DNA from: Bacilli bacterium
GTDB taxonomy: Bacteria > Bacillota_I > Bacilli_A > RF39 > UBA660
Direction of reading: 5' to 3'
Length of the DNA: 64,000 bases
Assembly (NCBI GenBank): GCA_045649455.1
Contig: JAZRPV010000058.1
Location: 66,552 to 130,551, forward strand
Every line of letters begins with the position of its first letter. Position 1 is the stretch's first letter. This document shows positions 8,237-18,582 of this stretch, piece after piece. The translations under genes were made by a program, and so were the position numbers. The notes below the pieces were generated by a model. The model was not told where the DNA came from, made no database searches, and saw only the letters and a list, made by a program, of their open reading frames with translations.

Positions 8237-9127
8237 ATGAATGTTAATTTTGAATTATATAGAATCTTTTATACTGTTGCTAATCATGGTAATATTACTA
8301 AAGCAAGTGAGGAATTACTTATTTCACAACCAGCGATTAGTAAGGCTATCAAAAATTTAGAAGACCAATTAGGTGGTCAGTTGTTTGTTAGAACTAAACG
8401 TGGAGTGTTTCTTACCGAAGAAGGAAAAGAATTTTATAATTATATAAAAAAAGCGATGGAATATATTCATCGTGCTGAAAATAAATTTACTGATTTAATG
8501 AATTTAGAAGAAGGAAATATACGTATTGGGGTTAGTACTACTCTTGTTAAAGAATTTTTGCTTCCTTATTTAGAAGAATTTCATAATACTTATCCTAATA
8601 TTACAATTGAGATTGTTACTGATTTAGCAAGCGTTTTAATACCAAAACTTCGTAATGGATTAATTGATATAATTATTCTTAATCTTAATGGTAAAGAAGA
8701 TTTTGAAGATATAGAATTTATTAAATGTAGAGAAATCCATGATGTTTTTGTAGTTGGTAAAAAGTATGAGTATTTAATTAATAAAAAACTTAGTCTTGCT
8801 GACTTAAATAATTATCCTTTAATTTTACAATCAAAAACTGCTAATACACGTAAGTTTTTGGATGACGTAGTATCAAAATATAATGTTGTTTTAAATCCTT
8901 GTATAGAACTTGCAAGCTATTCTTTAGTTGTACAGTTTGCCAAGATTGGTATGGGAATTGGTTATGCAACTGTAGAATACATACAAAATGAACTTGATAA
9001 TAAAAAATTATTTAAATTAGATATTTGTGATATACCAAGTCGTTTTATTGCAATTGGTCTTTGTAAAAATACAGTACCTAATTTTAGTACTAAAAAGTTA
9101 TTAGAAATAATAAATAAAAAAAGATAA
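8237..9127 (+). CDS. LysR-family transcriptional regulator
   Basis: 296 aa. N-terminal wHTH (FYTVANHGNITKASEELLISQPAISKAIKNLE) and a C-terminal substrate-binding domain. Confidence 0.9.
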   Translation: MNVNFELYRIFYTVANHGNITKASEELLISQPAISKAIKNLEDQLGGQLFVRTKRGVFLTEEGKEFYNYIKKAMEYIHRAENKFTDLMNLEEGNIRIGVSTTLVKEFLLPYLEEFHNTYPNITIEIVTDLASVLIPKLRNGLIDIIILNLNGKEDFEDIEFIKCREIHDVFVVGKKYEYLINKKLSLADLNNYPLILQSKTANTRKFLDDVVSKYNVVLNPCIELASYSLVVQFAKIGMGIGYATVEYIQNELDNKKLFKLDICDIPSRFIAIGLCKNTVPNFSTKKLLEIINKKR

Positions 9128-9129
9128 TC

Positions 9130-10992
9130 TTAAAGATTATCTTTTATTTTGTTATAAATAGAATCTACATCTAATTCTAGTTTTTCTAATACTTTATTTC
9201 TATTTCCTTGTTCTATAAATTTATCATCTATTGCATAACATTTTATATTAGCTTTATAGTTATTATTTTGGGCATAAGTACAAAGTCTTTCTCCAAGAGA
9301 ACCAATACTTGATACTTCTTCATAGATAAAGATTGGTTTGTTTGTACTTAATATTTCATTAAACATAGATTTATCAAATGGTTTTATGAATCGTGCATTT
9401 ACAATACTAATATCTATTTTATCTTGTTTTAATTTTTCTCTTATTTCTAAGGCATTTTCTATAAAATCACCATATGTAATAAGAGTGGCATCTTTTCCTT
9501 CTTCTAATATTTCCCATGTACCTAATTTTATTTTTTTTGGTGTTGCTTCATTATACTCTACTTTTGATCTTGAATATCTTATTGCGACTGGTTTGTTTAG
9601 TTCAAAAGCAGTATATAATAAATCATTTGATTCTTTTGCATTATGAGGTGCCATTATAACTAAATTAGGAATATGTTGTAAGAAGGCAATATCATAAATA
9701 CCTTGATGAGTTTCTCCATCATCACCAACGATTCCCGCTCTATCTATTCCAATTACAACAGGTTGATTCATCCTAGCAATATCTTGCTGTACTTGATCAT
9801 ATCCTCTTTGTAGGAATGTTGAATAAATAGAGACAAATGGTTTCTTTCCTTCTATTGCCATAGCATTTGCAAGTACTAGAGCATGTTCTTCCGCTATCCC
9901 AACATCTATAAATCTTTTTGGATAAGTTTCTTTAAAATTATTAAGTTTTGCACCATTAGCCATGGCTGGTGTTATAGCGATAATATCTTCATCTTTTTTT
10001 GCAAGATTAATTAATTGTTTTGAAATAACTTCACTCCAACTTATCTTATCTGTATTATTGGAAATAGTTTTTCCTGTTTCTATATCGAATGCAGATATGC
10101 CATGCCATTTGCCTTCTTTGTCATTTTCTGCATGTATATATCCTTTTCCTTTTTCAGTTATTACATGTAATAGTACAGGATGGTCTGCTTTTTTTGCAAT
10201 TTCTAAATATGTTTGCATTTCGTCAAAATCATGTCCATTAATTGGTCCGAAATAGTCAAAGCCAAATTCTTCAAATAAAGCTCCTTCTTTTACATACATT
10301 TTCTTTAAAGTATCTTTTGTAAAACTTACAAAATTATTTAATGGATTACCAATTATTGGAATCATTTTAATTATATTTTTTGTACGATTTTTTGCTTTAG
10401 CATATTTAAAATTACTTCTAATTTTATCAAGCATATTATTGATTGCGCCGACATTTTTGGAAATACTCATTTCATTATCGTTAAGTATTACAATTAATGG
10501 GGTTTCAAGACTTCCGATATGATTTAGCGCTTCATATGCTAAACCATTTCCGATGGAACCATCACCTATTACAGCAATTACATTATATTTCTTTTTATTT
10601 AGGTCTCTTGCCATCGCAAATCCTAATGCTGCAGATAAACTTGTTGATGAATGTCCCGCTTCATACACATCATGAATACTTTCTTTTCTTTTTTGAAATC
10701 CTGATAGTCCATTCATTTGACGTAGTTTATCAAATTCTTTAGCTCTTCCTGTTAATATTTTATGTGTATATGATTGATGGCCTACATCAAAAATTATTTT
10801 ATCTTTTGGACTATCAAACACTTTATGAATCGCAATCGTTAAATCAACTATTCCTAAATTAGAAGAAACATGTCCTCCTGTTTTAGAAATTTTTTCTATT
10901 AGAAATTGTCTTATATCTGTACTTAATTGTTCTAATTCTTTCTTTTTTAATTTCTTTAAAAATTTGGGATTTTGTATATCAAGTATATTCAT
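9130..10992 (-). CDS. dxs: 1-deoxy-D-xylulose-5-phosphate synthase
   Basis: 620 aa. GGHVSSNLG, GHQSYTHKILTGR, GDGSIGNGLAYEALN (ThDP motif) and transketolase-like C-terminal domains. Confidence 0.95.
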   Translation of the reverse strand: MNILDIQNPKFLKKLKKKELEQLSTDIRQFLIEKISKTGGHVSSNLGIVDLTIAIHKVFDSPKDKIIFDVGHQSYTHKILTGRAKEFDKLRQMNGLSGFQKRKESIHDVYEAGHSSTSLSAALGFAMARDLNKKKYNVIAVIGDGSIGNGLAYEALNHIGSLETPLIVILNDNEMSISKNVGAINNMLDKIRSNFKYAKAKNRTKNIIKMIPIIGNPLNNFVSFTKDTLKKMYVKEGALFEEFGFDYFGPINGHDFDEMQTYLEIAKKADHPVLLHVITEKGKGYIHAENDKEGKWHGISAFDIETGKTISNNTDKISWSEVISKQLINLAKKDEDIIAITPAMANGAKLNNFKETYPKRFIDVGIAEEHALVLANAMAIEGKKPFVSIYSTFLQRGYDQVQQDIARMNQPVVIGIDRAGIVGDDGETHQGIYDIAFLQHIPNLVIMAPHNAKESNDLLYTAFELNKPVAIRYSRSKVEYNEATPKKIKLGTWEILEEGKDATLITYGDFIENALEIREKLKQDKIDISIVNARFIKPFDKSMFNEILSTNKPIFIYEEVSSIGSLGERLCTYAQNNNYKANIKCYAIDDKFIEQGNRNKVLEKLELDVDSIYNKIKDNL

Positions 10993-11017
10993 ATTTCCTC
11001 CTGTTCCCCCTACTTTT

Positions 11018-11626
11018 TTATTTCTTTTTAAAATGTGTATGGTCTACTCCACAGATAGGGCAAATAAATCCTTCTGGTACTTCTCCTTTATGTTGATATC
11101 CACATATGTCACATACATATACATCTTCTTCTACTTTTTCTTCAATATATGTTGGTGCATTTTTTGGAGCTTTTCCTTTTACCACTTCATGATAATATTT
11201 ATAAGTCATTGGTGGATTATCATTTAATTTCTTTGTATCAATTACTCTTCCTAAGAAAATATCATGTGTTTCACAATCAATAATATTAATTACTTCGCAA
11301 ATTAAGTATCCTGTTGTTTCTTCTTTTAATACTTTAATGTTGTTTAATTCTTCATAGTCAAAGTTTTCAAATTTATCTTTTTCTTTTGATGAAGAGAATC
11401 CAAATACTGAGATTAGATTTGGATTTGTTTTTTCTGAAATTATTGATACTGCAAATTTATTTTCTTCTTTTATTTTTTCATTTGTATAATTGTTTTTATT
11501 TAAACTGATAGAAACAATAGGATTTTCACTTGTAATTTGTGTCATTGTATTTATAACACAACCTGCAGTTTGTGTAGTTACTACATACATTCCGTATGAT
11601 ACATCTCTAAAAATATTTTTATCCAT
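11018..11626 (-). CDS. Flavin-reductase-like domain fused to a C-terminal rubredoxin
   Basis: 202 aa. N-terminal FMN-binding split-barrel pattern (GMYVVTT...), C-terminal CDICGY...CPICG rubredoxin knuckles. Confidence 0.8.
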   Translation of the reverse strand: MDKNIFRDVSYGMYVVTTQTAGCVINTMTQITSENPIVSISLNKNNYTNEKIKEENKFAVSIISEKTNPNLISVFGFSSSKEKDKFENFDYEELNNIKVLKEETTGYLICEVINIIDCETHDIFLGRVIDTKKLNDNPPMTYKYYHEVVKGKAPKNAPTYIEEKVEEDVYVCDICGYQHKGEVPEGFICPICGVDHTHFKKK

Positions 11627-11627
11627 A

Positions 11628-12377
11628 TTACATCACTAAGCCTCCGTCTACTTGAATAATTGTTCCTGTTGTGAATTTTGATAAGTCACTTGCAAGATAT
11701 AAGTATGCTCCTGCTAAGTCTGTTGGTTCTGCCATTCTATTTAGGGGAGTCATTCTTAAAAGTCCTTGTTTCATTTCTTCTGTTACAATACTCATCATAT
11801 CTGTTGCGACAACTCCTGGCGCAACTGCATTTACTCTTATGTTATACATACCTAATTCTTTTGCTAAAGATTTAGTTAACCCGTTGATTGCAAATTTACT
11901 TGAAGCATAGGCAGCTTGGTTTCTTGCTCCAAAATTTGCTACCATTGATGATGTATTAATAATGCTTCCACCTGTTTCTTTCATATGTTTAACTACTTCT
12001 CTAGTTAATGAAACAACACCAAAGAAATTTATTTGGAACATTTCCATAAAATCTTCATCTGTTGAATCTAATAAAGATACATTTGATGTAATACCAGCAT
12101 TGTTTACTAATACATCAATTTTTTTCCATTTCTTTATAACTTCATCTACCGATGATTTCATACTACTTGAATCTTTCATATTTAAACCAATTCCCATGAT
12201 ATCATCATCTGTTAGATTTAGTTCTTCTTTCATTTTTGATACTGCCTTTTCAGCATTTTCTTTTGTAGAGCCACAGATAACAACTTTTGCTTTATTTTCT
12301 AAAAACAATTTAGCAATTGAGTTTCCTATACCTCTTGTACTTCCTGTTATTATAGCTACTTTATTTTCTAAATTCAT
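11628..12377 (-). CDS. SDR-family oxidoreductase (FabG-like)
   Basis: 249 aa. TGSTRGIG, NNAG, S...YASSK catalytic motif. One nt from the downstream gene. Confidence 0.85.
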   Translation of the reverse strand: MNLENKVAIITGSTRGIGNSIAKLFLENKAKVVICGSTKENAEKAVSKMKEELNLTDDDIMGIGLNMKDSSSMKSSVDEVIKKWKKIDVLVNNAGITSNVSLLDSTDEDFMEMFQINFFGVVSLTREVVKHMKETGGSIINTSSMVANFGARNQAAYASSKFAINGLTKSLAKELGMYNIRVNAVAPGVVATDMMSIVTEEMKQGLLRMTPLNRMAEPTDLAGAYLYLASDLSKFTTGTIIQVDGGLVM

Positions 12378-12455
12378 ATTAATCCTCCTTATTTGTCTTT
12401 TTTATTATACCATAGATTTTTTTATTGTTATGATATAATTATTATGAGGTGTAAT

Positions 12456-13703
12456 ATGAAAAGAACAATTGATAAGAATTTATTTTTTGTTAAGAATAAA
12501 GATTTTCATACTATTACGATGAGAGTAGTTTTTCCAACGTATGATGAAGAAAAAGATTTAGCAAATGCTATATTACTTCCGGCATTAGTTGGATATATGA
12601 ATGAAGAATATGATACAGAAGATAAATTTCATAGAGAAAAACAAAAAAGATATATTTTATCTACAGGTGTTACTAGAAATATTGTTGGTAATAATGCTTT
12701 TATTTCTTATAATATGGTAATTCCTGATGTTGAAAGTTTAAAAGAAGATCATCTTGATGAGCAATTTGAATTATTTGAAAAGATGATTTATCACCCTAAA
12801 GTTATTGATGGTGGATTTGACGAATTTGAGTTTGAAAGAGAAAGAAAAGATTTAAGAAAACGTATTGCCAATGGAATGAAAAATTTAAAAGTTTATCATC
12901 CTATTAAATTAGTTGAACATGTTGATACCGAAGGTACTTTATCTAGAAATATTAGTAATCATCAATGGTTAATTGATGAATGTACAAGACAAGGTGTTTA
13001 TGAGTATTACAAAAATAATATTCTGAATAATAATCCTGTTGTGTTTATATTTGGAAATTTTGATGATGATAAAGTAACTTCTTTATGTAAAAAATATTTA
13101 TTAAAAGAAGATATTATATCTTATGATGAAGATTATAATCATTTCTTACAACCTAGAGATGAAGTAAATGATGTTCATGAAAAAAGTGAATTTAAAGATT
13201 CTGCGTTATCACTTGTATATAAAGTCAAGGATATGAAAGAAGAAGATTTTCATAAGTTAGCACTTGTTAGTGGGTTACTTTCATCAGCGTCATCTAGATT
13301 ATTAATGAAAAAACTTAGAGATGAAGAAGAAATTGTATACTCTGCTTTTTCAAGTAGTCATATACGAGCAGGTACTTTATTTATAGATTGTTATATAAAT
13401 AAAAATAATAAAGACTTGGCAATGTCTAAAATAAAAGAAGTTATTAGTTCATTAAAAGATACTAACTTTATTAAACCGTTTTTAGATAATATTATTGAAA
13501 GATCTAGATTAAATTTACTTAGATTATTAGATGATAAAAATATTTTATTAGATGAAGTTGTTGTTAAGACATTGGGATTTGATATTACAAATAAAGAAAA
13601 ACACGAATTAATAAAAAATATTTCCAGTGAAGATATTAGTAAGTTTGTAGATAGACTAGTTTTAGATACTGTTTATTTTCTTGAGGAGGAAGAACATGAG
13701 TAA
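12456..13703 (+). CDS. M16-family (pitrilysin-like) peptidase subunit lacking the HxxEH zinc motif
   Basis: I prefer ATG at 12456 with GAGGTG SD. Length and layout match M16B non-catalytic subunits, and no HxxEH is present. Confidence 0.6.
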   Translation: MKRTIDKNLFFVKNKDFHTITMRVVFPTYDEEKDLANAILLPALVGYMNEEYDTEDKFHREKQKRYILSTGVTRNIVGNNAFISYNMVIPDVESLKEDHLDEQFELFEKMIYHPKVIDGGFDEFEFERERKDLRKRIANGMKNLKVYHPIKLVEHVDTEGTLSRNISNHQWLIDECTRQGVYEYYKNNILNNNPVVFIFGNFDDDKVTSLCKKYLLKEDIISYDEDYNHFLQPRDEVNDVHEKSEFKDSALSLVYKVKDMKEEDFHKLALVSGLLSSASSRLLMKKLRDEEEIVYSAFSSSHIRAGTLFIDCYINKNNKDLAMSKIKEVISSLKDTNFIKPFLDNIIERSRLNLLRLLDDKNILLDEVVVKTLGFDITNKEKHELIKNISSEDISKFVDRLVLDTVYFLEEEEHE

Positions 13704-14940
13704 AATTGAAAAAGTTACTTTAGATAATGGTTTAGATATTTACTTTTATTTAGACAAAAAAAGACATTCAGTCTTCTTCCAACATATTACTAAGTTTGGT
13801 GGTGTTACTAAGGATTTTATTAGTAATGGTAAAACTTATCATATTCAAGATGGTATTGCTCATATATTAGAACATTATATTGTCGAAGAAAATAAATATG
13901 GAAACTTTTTAAAGTTATTAGGAGAAGCTCAAATGAGCACGAATGCTTCTACTCATTTAGATATGACTAGATTTTATTTTAGTGCAGTTGAAAATGTAGA
14001 GTTTGGTATAAGAACATTATTACGAGGTATTTATGCTCCCCTTTTTGATGAGGAAAGACTTAATAGAATAAAAGGTCCTATTTATCAAGAACTTAGGGGT
14101 CGTTCAAATAATAAGTTTTATAACTTAAGCATGAAAACATATGATACTTTATTTAATCAATATAAATTTAAAAGTGTTGGAGGTTCTTTAGAAGAAGTTG
14201 AAAAAACAACTCTTGATGATCTTAAACTTTGTTTTGAAACTTTTTATCAACCAAGTAATCAATTTATTGTAGTTGGTGGTAATTTTGATAAAGATGAGAT
14301 ACTTGAAATTATTAAAGATGAATATGAAAAATTAGATATAAAGAAAGTTGATTTTGAAGTTTTAAAGTTAGAAGAAAAAGATGAAGTTAATAATACTTCT
14401 TATGAGATTGAATTTCCAACTGGAGAAAATTATTTAGAAGTTAATTATAAGATTAATTTAGATAAATATACTAATGATGAGACATTAAAATTAGATTTTT
14501 ATTTTAACTTTTTCTTTACAATGTTTTTTAGTTTAACTTCTCCTTTATATAACAAGTTAGTTAAAGAAGAAATTATTACAGATGGTATTTCTTGTGGACT
14601 TAGTAAGATTAACAACTATGTTGTTATTACATTTGGAGCTCATAGTAGTAAATTAGATAGATTAAAAGAAGAAATCATGAAAACTGTAAACGAATTAAAA
14701 GACTTTGATGAAGAGAAATTTGAGTTGGATAAAAAACAAACAATTTTAGGTATTATTTTAAGAGAAGAAAATATTGGTTCTACAGTTATGCCTTTTGTTA
14801 ATAATATAATTATGTATAATTGTGATTACCCTGATAGTGTTGAACAAATAATGAGTTATACTTATGAAGATTTTGTTAAAACTATGAAGGATATTGATTT
14901 TAGTAATTATAGTGTTGGAGTTATAAAAAATAAAGAATAA
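13696..14940 (+). CDS. M16-family zinc peptidase, catalytic subunit
   Basis: AHILEHYIVEE contains the inverted zinc motif HxxEH. ATG at 13696 behind GAGGAGG, overlapping the upstream gene end. Confidence 0.75.
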   Translation: MSKIEKVTLDNGLDIYFYLDKKRHSVFFQHITKFGGVTKDFISNGKTYHIQDGIAHILEHYIVEENKYGNFLKLLGEAQMSTNASTHLDMTRFYFSAVENVEFGIRTLLRGIYAPLFDEERLNRIKGPIYQELRGRSNNKFYNLSMKTYDTLFNQYKFKSVGGSLEEVEKTTLDDLKLCFETFYQPSNQFIVVGGNFDKDEILEIIKDEYEKLDIKKVDFEVLKLEEKDEVNNTSYEIEFPTGENYLEVNYKINLDKYTNDETLKLDFYFNFFFTMFFSLTSPLYNKLVKEEIITDGISCGLSKINNYVVITFGAHSSKLDRLKEEIMKTVNELKDFDEEKFELDKKQTILGIILREENIGSTVMPFVNNIIMYNCDYPDSVEQIMSYTYEDFVKTMKDIDFSNYSVGVIKNKE

Positions 14941-14952
14941 TCATTAATTTGA

Positions 14953-15489
14953 TTATTCTTTTTTTAATAATATGTCTTCTATTTCTTTCCATGATGATAC
15001 TCTTATTTCATCATTTAATTCATCATTGTAGTTGTGCCATGCTGTAAAAAGATATTTTTCTTTGGCATTTTGTAAATTCTTTTTACGATCATCAATAGCA
15101 ATATCAAAATTTAATAAAGTTTTATTGGTTGTAAAAATATATTTAGATACTGGAATGAAAGGAAGATTTTCTCTTAAGTATTCATATTTATATTTTAAAT
15201 TAGATGCAGATATATCATGTTCTTGATCCCAAAGATAAGATGTAACAATATAAATATCATAAACTTGATTTAATTTTTCTAATACTTCATATGCATCTTT
15301 TATAAGAGGTGCCCCTTCATATAAATTATTTTTTCTTAATTTATTCCAAAATGATTCTTTATTTTCAATTAGATTTTGTAAATAAAATGTATCCCCTATT
15401 TCAATGTCTCTGCCGATTTCATCACTGATTATTTGTAAGACATTTCCATCAGTTATTACATTATCCATATCTATCATTAATGTTTTCAT
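14953..15489 (-). CDS. HAD-family 5'(3')-deoxyribonucleotidase-like (NT5C/YorS-type) protein
   Basis: 178 aa. N-terminal MIDMDNVITDG (DxDxV/T) and a C-terminal IDD motif. Confidence 0.6.
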   Translation of the reverse strand: MKTLMIDMDNVITDGNVLQIISDEIGRDIEIGDTFYLQNLIENKESFWNKLRKNNLYEGAPLIKDAYEVLEKLNQVYDIYIVTSYLWDQEHDISASNLKYKYEYLRENLPFIPVSKYIFTTNKTLLNFDIAIDDRKKNLQNAKEKYLFTAWHNYNDELNDEIRVSSWKEIEDILLKKE

Positions 15490-15624
15490 GTTGCCTCCTT
15501 AATTTGTTTTATTATAACATACGATTATTATAATTCTAGGTATTATTGACAAGTTTACATCTTGATTTACTTTATGTATTGTTTAAAAAATAGATTTATT
15601 TTATTATATTATTAAGGTGATAAT

Positions 15625-16455
15625 ATGAGTTATAAAGATGAATTAGTTGTTGATAAGAAGACAAAGAAACGTAAGAAGAAAAGAAAATCAAATGAAGCTT
15701 TAAATGTTTTTATAGTTTTATTTATTTTTGTTGCATGTATGAGTGCTTTTTACTTTGTTATTACTAGATTAGAAGATACTAATAATGATGGTAGACTAAT
15801 TGATGAATTATTTAGAGGTAAGATGAAAGAACTTGATTTAAATAATAAAGATGTTGGTATGCTTTATAATATATTTGTTGAAGATAATCAATTAAAATTA
15901 GAATATGGTGAAAAGTTAAATAAAAGTATTCATTCTAAATTATTCTTTACTTATAATGCTTTAAGAGATGAGTTTGAAGAAGTAAGTTGTGATGAAATGG
16001 GATTAGTTATTTTATATGATGAATCTAACTATGTAAGTGGAATGTGTTCTATAGTTCCTAAGTCTGAGAAGATTGAAGATATGGAAAAAGAAATTAGAAC
16101 AAAAACTTCTTTTGGTATTTCAGAAAAGAAATTTAAAAAGAAATTTAAAGAATTATTTGGAAAAGATGCAGAATATGAAAAATTAGATTTTGAATATAGT
16201 TTAGGTCAAATAATGCATTATGATTCTAGAAGTGACCTTTATGTAAAATATTATGATGATACTGAAGAAGTTGATGATGTTATTAGTGCTGCTTTTAAAG
16301 ATGCAACATTAAGAGGAAATAAATTAATCCTTGGTATTAATTATGTTACTACTACTCTTGCAGGTGCTAAGAGAGAATATTATGTAAATTATATATTTAA
16401 AAAGGTAAATGATAATAAGTATGTCTTTGTAAGTAGAGAAGAATTTGATAACTAG
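15625..16455 (+). CDS. Single-pass membrane protein with Lys-rich cytoplasmic tail; unknown function
   Basis: 276 aa with AAGGTGA SD. KKTKKRKKKRK followed by the TM helix VFIVLFIFVACMSAFYFVI. Confidence 0.55.
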   Translation: MSYKDELVVDKKTKKRKKKRKSNEALNVFIVLFIFVACMSAFYFVITRLEDTNNDGRLIDELFRGKMKELDLNNKDVGMLYNIFVEDNQLKLEYGEKLNKSIHSKLFFTYNALRDEFEEVSCDEMGLVILYDESNYVSGMCSIVPKSEKIEDMEKEIRTKTSFGISEKKFKKKFKELFGKDAEYEKLDFEYSLGQIMHYDSRSDLYVKYYDDTEEVDDVISAAFKDATLRGNKLILGINYVTTTLAGAKREYYVNYIFKKVNDNKYVFVSREEFDN

Positions 16456-16519
16456 AAATAGTTATCTTTTTTTGTATATTTATTTTATTTTGTTTAATAC
16501 TATTATTGGAGGATTAAAT

Positions 16520-16957
16520 ATGAAAAATGAAGATAATATTAAAGTATTAGATGAAGCTAATAAAGGTTGTTGTATGGGAAGAGATGCTCTTGAAGTGATT
16601 ATGGAAAAAACGGATGATAAAGAGTTTAAAGAATGTTTAAAAAAGTATTATGATAAATACGATAAAATAAGCAATAAGATGGAAGACTTATATGATGAGT
16701 TTAGTGAAGATGAAATAGATGAAACTTCTAAAATGGAAAAGACAATGACTTGGTATGGTATTAATATGAGGACAATGATGGATGACTCTACTTCTAAGTT
16801 TGCAGAATTAATTTTACAAGGTGCAAATATGGGAATAATTGAAGGAAGAAGATTATTAAATCATAATAAAGATATTAATAATGAAGTTAATAAAGTTGTA
16901 GATGAGTTTGTAAAGATGCAAGAAAAGATGGTTGAAGAATTAAAAGAATATTTGTAG
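16520..16957 (+). CDS. Small acidic all-helical protein (possible four-helix-bundle family); unknown function
   Basis: I prefer ATG at 16520 behind GGAGGA. The 25 upstream codons of the ORF-track model start at TTG with no SD. Confidence 0.5.
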   Translation: MKNEDNIKVLDEANKGCCMGRDALEVIMEKTDDKEFKECLKKYYDKYDKISNKMEDLYDEFSEDEIDETSKMEKTMTWYGINMRTMMDDSTSKFAELILQGANMGIIEGRRLLNHNKDINNEVNKVVDEFVKMQEKMVEELKEYL

Positions 16958-16980
16958 AGTTTACCACTCTACTTTTTATT
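16954..16980 (+). terminator. Rho-independent terminator
   Basis: Perfect 7-bp stem GTAGAGT/ACTCTAC with a 5-nt loop, followed by TTTTTATTT. The stop codon lies in the stem. Confidence 0.65.
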
Positions 16981-17016
16981 TGTCTTAATATGATATAATC
17001 TTTATAGGTGATTTGA

Positions 17017-17697
17017 ATGTATACAATTCAAAAAAATTTAAATAGACTTAGTAATTATCAGCCTACTTTCTTTTTAGATCCTAAAGAGCAAAAAGAATTA
17101 AGAAGTAAATTAAAAAAAGATGAATACAAAATATTTAGTCCATTTGATGATAGCGAAAAAGTTATATTTTATATAGATGAAGTACCAGAAGTAATTTTAT
17201 ACGAGATTAAATCTAAACAAGAGTTGAGACATCAAGATATACTTGGAACAATGTATTCTTTAAATATTTCTCCAGAGATGTTTGGTGACATTATTCTTTA
17301 TGATAATAGATATTTCATATATGTACTTAAGTTGTTTCAAAATTACTTTGAAATGAATTTTACTAAAGTTAGAAATAGTTCTGTTGAATTAGTTAGTTTA
17401 GATATTTCATATTTAGAAGATTATAAAAGAGATTATGAAGAAGTTGAATTAATTGTTTCTAGTGAAAGAATCGATACAGTTATAAGTAGTATTATTCATT
17501 CTAATAGAAATGTTATTAAAGATAAGATTAAAGATAAAGAAATATTATTAAATCATGATTTATTAAAAAATAATTCTTATGTATTAAAATCTGGAGATAT
17601 ATTTAGTATTAGGAAATTTGGCAAATATAAATATATTGGTATTATTAAAAGTACAAAAAAAGATAACTATATTGTTAAGTGTTTAAAATACTTATAA
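17017..17697 (+). CDS. YlmH-like RNA-binding protein with C-terminal S4 domain
   Basis: 226 aa. The C-terminal RIDTVISSIIHSNRNVIKDKIKDKEILLNH...GDIFSIRKFGKYKY matches the S4 pattern. Confidence 0.55.
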   Translation: MYTIQKNLNRLSNYQPTFFLDPKEQKELRSKLKKDEYKIFSPFDDSEKVIFYIDEVPEVILYEIKSKQELRHQDILGTMYSLNISPEMFGDIILYDNRYFIYVLKLFQNYFEMNFTKVRNSSVELVSLDISYLEDYKRDYEEVELIVSSERIDTVISSIIHSNRNVIKDKIKDKEILLNHDLLKNNSYVLKSGDIFSIRKFGKYKYIGIIKSTKKDNYIVKCLKYL

Positions 17698-17700
17698 TAG

Positions 17701-18528
17701 TTATCTTTTTTTAGTGTATACAAATATTCCTGCTTTAGATTCCGAAAATTGTTCAAATGTCATATTTTCATCTTGGAAGAAATCTCTAACTTTGTCGGAT
17801 AAATCATATGCATATGATATAGCTTCTCCACCTACTCTTAATGGTAATTTTTTTAGAAGTGATTTGTGGTCATGTGGATTGTTATAGTTCCAAATATTTG
17901 ATAAGTTTATAAAATCATATTCTTGATCAAAATCCATTGTATAAATATTCCCTTCTTTTGTTTGAAGATTTATTGTTGGGATTAAGTCTCTTAATTTATA
18001 ATAATTTTCTTTTGTAAGGTATGGGTTTTGAGTTATATGATATGAAGTGATTACTGTTTCTCTTGAGAACATTGATGATTCATAAATATCATACCAGTCA
18101 AAATATGAAAATAGACTATCCCAGAATTCTTTATCATCTGTTGGAAGAGATTTAGATATTTTATCATACATTTCATCATATATTTCAGATGTTGTTGTTG
18201 ATTCAAAAAAGAAATCTAAGAATTCTTCATATGAAAGATTTAATACAGCCGCTAGTTTTAAATATAAAAAGTATTTCGGAAAACGACTAATATCAAATGC
18301 TGTAATTGTATTAGGATTTACAAGCATACTATTTAACACTTGGTCAGATGAACCTAATGTTGTAAGAATATCTCTTTTACCAAGCAAATGATGATGGTAA
18401 TCTACTTGTCTTTCATTAGTTCCTTTATAAATAACAGATGTATTATGAAAGGCAGTTCCACTTATATTTGTTTTTGAACCACTCACAAGTTGTTGAGCCA
18501 TTACAATATCTTGGTGTAATTTATCCAT
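17701..18528 (-). CDS. DUF3419/BtaA-like (SAM-dependent transferase fold) protein
   Basis: 275 aa with AGGAGGAG SD. ILTTLGSSDQVLNSMLVNPNTITAFDISRFPKYFLYLKLAAVLNLSYEEFLDFFF parallels the DUF3419 core pattern (recalled, not searched). Confidence 0.4.
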   Translation of the reverse strand: MDKLHQDIVMAQQLVSGSKTNISGTAFHNTSVIYKGTNERQVDYHHHLLGKRDILTTLGSSDQVLNSMLVNPNTITAFDISRFPKYFLYLKLAAVLNLSYEEFLDFFFESTTTSEIYDEMYDKISKSLPTDDKEFWDSLFSYFDWYDIYESSMFSRETVITSYHITQNPYLTKENYYKLRDLIPTINLQTKEGNIYTMDFDQEYDFINLSNIWNYNNPHDHKSLLKKLPLRVGGEAISYAYDLSDKVRDFFQDENMTFEQFSESKAGIFVYTKKR

Positions 18529-18582
18529 ATACTCTCCTCCTTTTTAGTGGTTATTATAACATATTAAGACAAATAAAAAAAC

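Noticed and set aside
11962-12438. 158-codon plus-strand ORF antisense to the SDR gene, unusually long for such an AT-rich sequence
   Set aside because: It has no SD before its ATG. The product is Phe/Ile/Ser/Leu low-complexity, typical of the mirror frame of a Lys/Glu/Asn-rich gene. It also runs across the SDR promoter region. The SDR frame carries clear catalytic motifs, so this is a shadow ORF.
12393-12455. N-terminal extension of the first M16-like gene in the ORF track (MSFLLYHRFFYCYDIIIMRCN)
   Set aside because: The extension covers promoter-like AT-rich sequence and has no SD. The ATG at 12456 lies 4 nt after GAGGTG. Similar trimming was applied at 13681, 16445, 23350, 34515, 47762, 59008, 31112 and 3439.
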